From Octopus sinensis (taxonomy: Eukaryota), in NCBI RefSeq assembly GCF_006345805.1, contig NW_021836129.1:62001-126000 (forward strand): 64,000 nucleotides of DNA. The letters run 5' to 3'. The notes under the pieces were generated by a model. That model was given only the letters and a program-made list of their open reading frames with translations, was not told where the DNA came from and searched no databases. The stretch's first letter is position 1. Every line of letters begins with the position of its first letter. The position numbers and the translations under genes are program-made. Below, piece by piece: positions 62,320 to 64,000 of the stretch.

Positions 62320-64000
62320 TTATTGGGCGTCTCTCCTCATGCGGGAATATATAATACTCGTTAGAAACTCGTGGTTAACCCCATCCAAGTCAGTATTTAG
62401 GGGAAGTGAAGAGGGCTCAGTAGACTGTAAGTAGGCTTGCACTAAAAATAGAAAAAGAAGGCAAACTGTCACGAGCATGTTGTTGTATAAATGTTCGAGT
62501 TTGTGAAGGGGGAGTCCAACTTGGATTGTTTCTCTGAAATGTAAGAATAAAAGCACCGAAAATGCAAGAAGTGATATTTCGAGTTTATCATGGAGAGTAG
62601 TGTGGTCAGGGGGGACATGAAGGAGAGCATAGTCCAGCATATCTTCACCTGCGTGTGTACGGAGAGTATGTTGACAAACAAAATGTACAAGTCGTGGTAT
62701 TTGATGTCGAAAAAAAGAAGAGAAGAAATAAGGGGGCAGTAAACGGTGCAGCCACTTGTTGTATCAAATAAATCTTATAAGTGTGAATAAGTACAACTAA
62801 ATGTGATTGAAAAAGGAGTGTAAAATGTCGATAAGTGAGGAGTGGTTGTTTTGGTCGGGGGAGAAATGATATAAATGTGCTACCAGATGGGGGATAATGT
62901 GGTGTGGATTAGTAGTGGTAGACTAAGATAAGGAGAGAGAAAAAAACCTGTCGACTACTAGCAAAGGCATAAACGGCAGCTGGAATGTAAATAAACAAAA
63001 CAGACTAGTGATGGCAATAGCAGTCACAATTCTGGGGACTTGAAGAATAGTGTCGTGAAGGAGTGTAAGTACAGCAAACAAAAGAAGAACAGCCCCCGCA
63101 AAATAAGTAGCATGTCTTGCCAACACACCCACCAATGGGGAAGAAAAACATTGAATATACTGATTAGCAAAAGGATAGGCCAAAGCAAGTCTTTCCTCCA
63201 ATTCATGATCCAATTCAGAGTAGTTACGAAGGGAATAGTAAGCAATAGGAGTCCAGCGGTGTCGAAATATACTGGAAGGAGCCCTACGAATCATCTAGAC
63301 TAATCAGACAGACATACCTCTGCATATTCGAAGCATACATACAACAGTTGGACAACAAACAAAAATGGGGATAGAACTAAGCCAAACAAGCACATCACCA
63401 CCAGCCGTGTTCTAATTCTGCCATATTAGGGAACGCTACGTTCTCTCCGCATATTCCCTCAGACCCCCCACTCGGTATATCTCTGCTATACTCACCCTCG
63501 TACTGTCCCCTGCACACACGACGGAAATAAGAGCTTAAACAAGTACAATTCCATCAATTTAGTAAAGCAAGGAATAGATTCGAATTCTCTTATTAGTCCT
63601 ACCATAAAATTGGTGTGTCGGACAATCATGCTGTGGCAAACTTACATTATACTTACATTCTTACGTAATTCATCCAGGCCACTGTCCTTGTCTATTAGTC
63701 CTCTCTCAATCCTCTCCCATGCAGTCACGTACAGTTCATTCTACCATCACATCCACTCACTCACTGAATTTATAGACATATCCTTCAATAATCTCCTCAT
63801 ATTCCACAAATGGGGCAGTCTCCATAATAGAATACATATTTTGACAACACAGAATATTCCCACTCCCACCACTACACACATTTCCCCTCTACTACACACT
63901 CTTAGACATGACTCCACTGGTAGGAATATGTCTGATATGTTCCCTTCTTTCATATTCCACCAATCAAAGTCCCACATTTATATACGTACATTACAACACA
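62320..64000 (-). CDS. ATG9: Autophagy protein ATG9, 5'-partial, multi-exon with micro-introns; two apparent homopolymer frameshifts
   Basis: ISDIFLPVESC, IVRHTNFMVGL, YAE|MIRRAPSS, LRNYSELDHELEERLALAYPFANQYIQCFSSPLV, LVAHLYHF, DKLEISLLAFS|RNNPSWTPP are colinear with the ATG9 domain. Introns 63,741-64, 63,641-64, 63,295-317, 62,774-97 and 62,534-56. The 3' end position is approximate. Confidence 0.85.

Noticed and set aside
1-64000. Bacterial, microsporidian or ciliate origin
   Set aside because: Spliceosomal introns and eukaryotic TEs exclude bacteria. TAA, TAG and TGA all act as stops, arguing against ciliate variant codes. An axonemal dynein remnant and intron-rich ATG9 are not expected in microsporidia.

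Overview
This is AT-rich eukaryotic nuclear DNA in the standard genetic code, with GT-AG introns of about 23-30 nt. I found no prokaryotic features, CRISPR array, rRNA or tRNA. Positions 1-61,800 are mostly nested, decayed transposons: hAT (three families), Tc1, pogo/Tigger (at least six families), Ginger-like integrases, and R4/Dong-like, CRE-like, I-group and RTE-like non-LTR retrotransposons. From about 9.0 to 60.2 kb the window is three imperfect tandem copies of a 15-20 kb unit: a = 8,994-23,478, b = 23,469-44,176, c = 44,176-60,212. Each copy carries an intron-retaining, serially deleted remnant of an axonemal inner-arm dynein heavy chain (DNAH1-like) and a remnant of an unidentified gene. 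The copies differ by precise TE presence/absence with TSDs, by complementary deletions and by patchy divergence. Near the end of copy c is a 784-bp TG...CA element with ~40-bp TIRs and a 5-bp TSD that carries 24 telomere-like hexamers. The last ~1.7 kb is an ATG9 gene (minus strand, 5' end beyond the window) with tiny introns and two apparent homopolymer frameshifts. The organism cannot be determined from this window. Micro-introns, DNAH1, ATG9 and TTAGGG would fit a reduced parasitic animal such as a dicyemid, orthonectid or myxozoan, but that is a guess. I found no new enzymatic system. The best leads are the telomere-repeat-bearing element, the micro-intron-containing integrase and the mosaic dynein array. 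Family assignments come from recalled motifs, not database searches.
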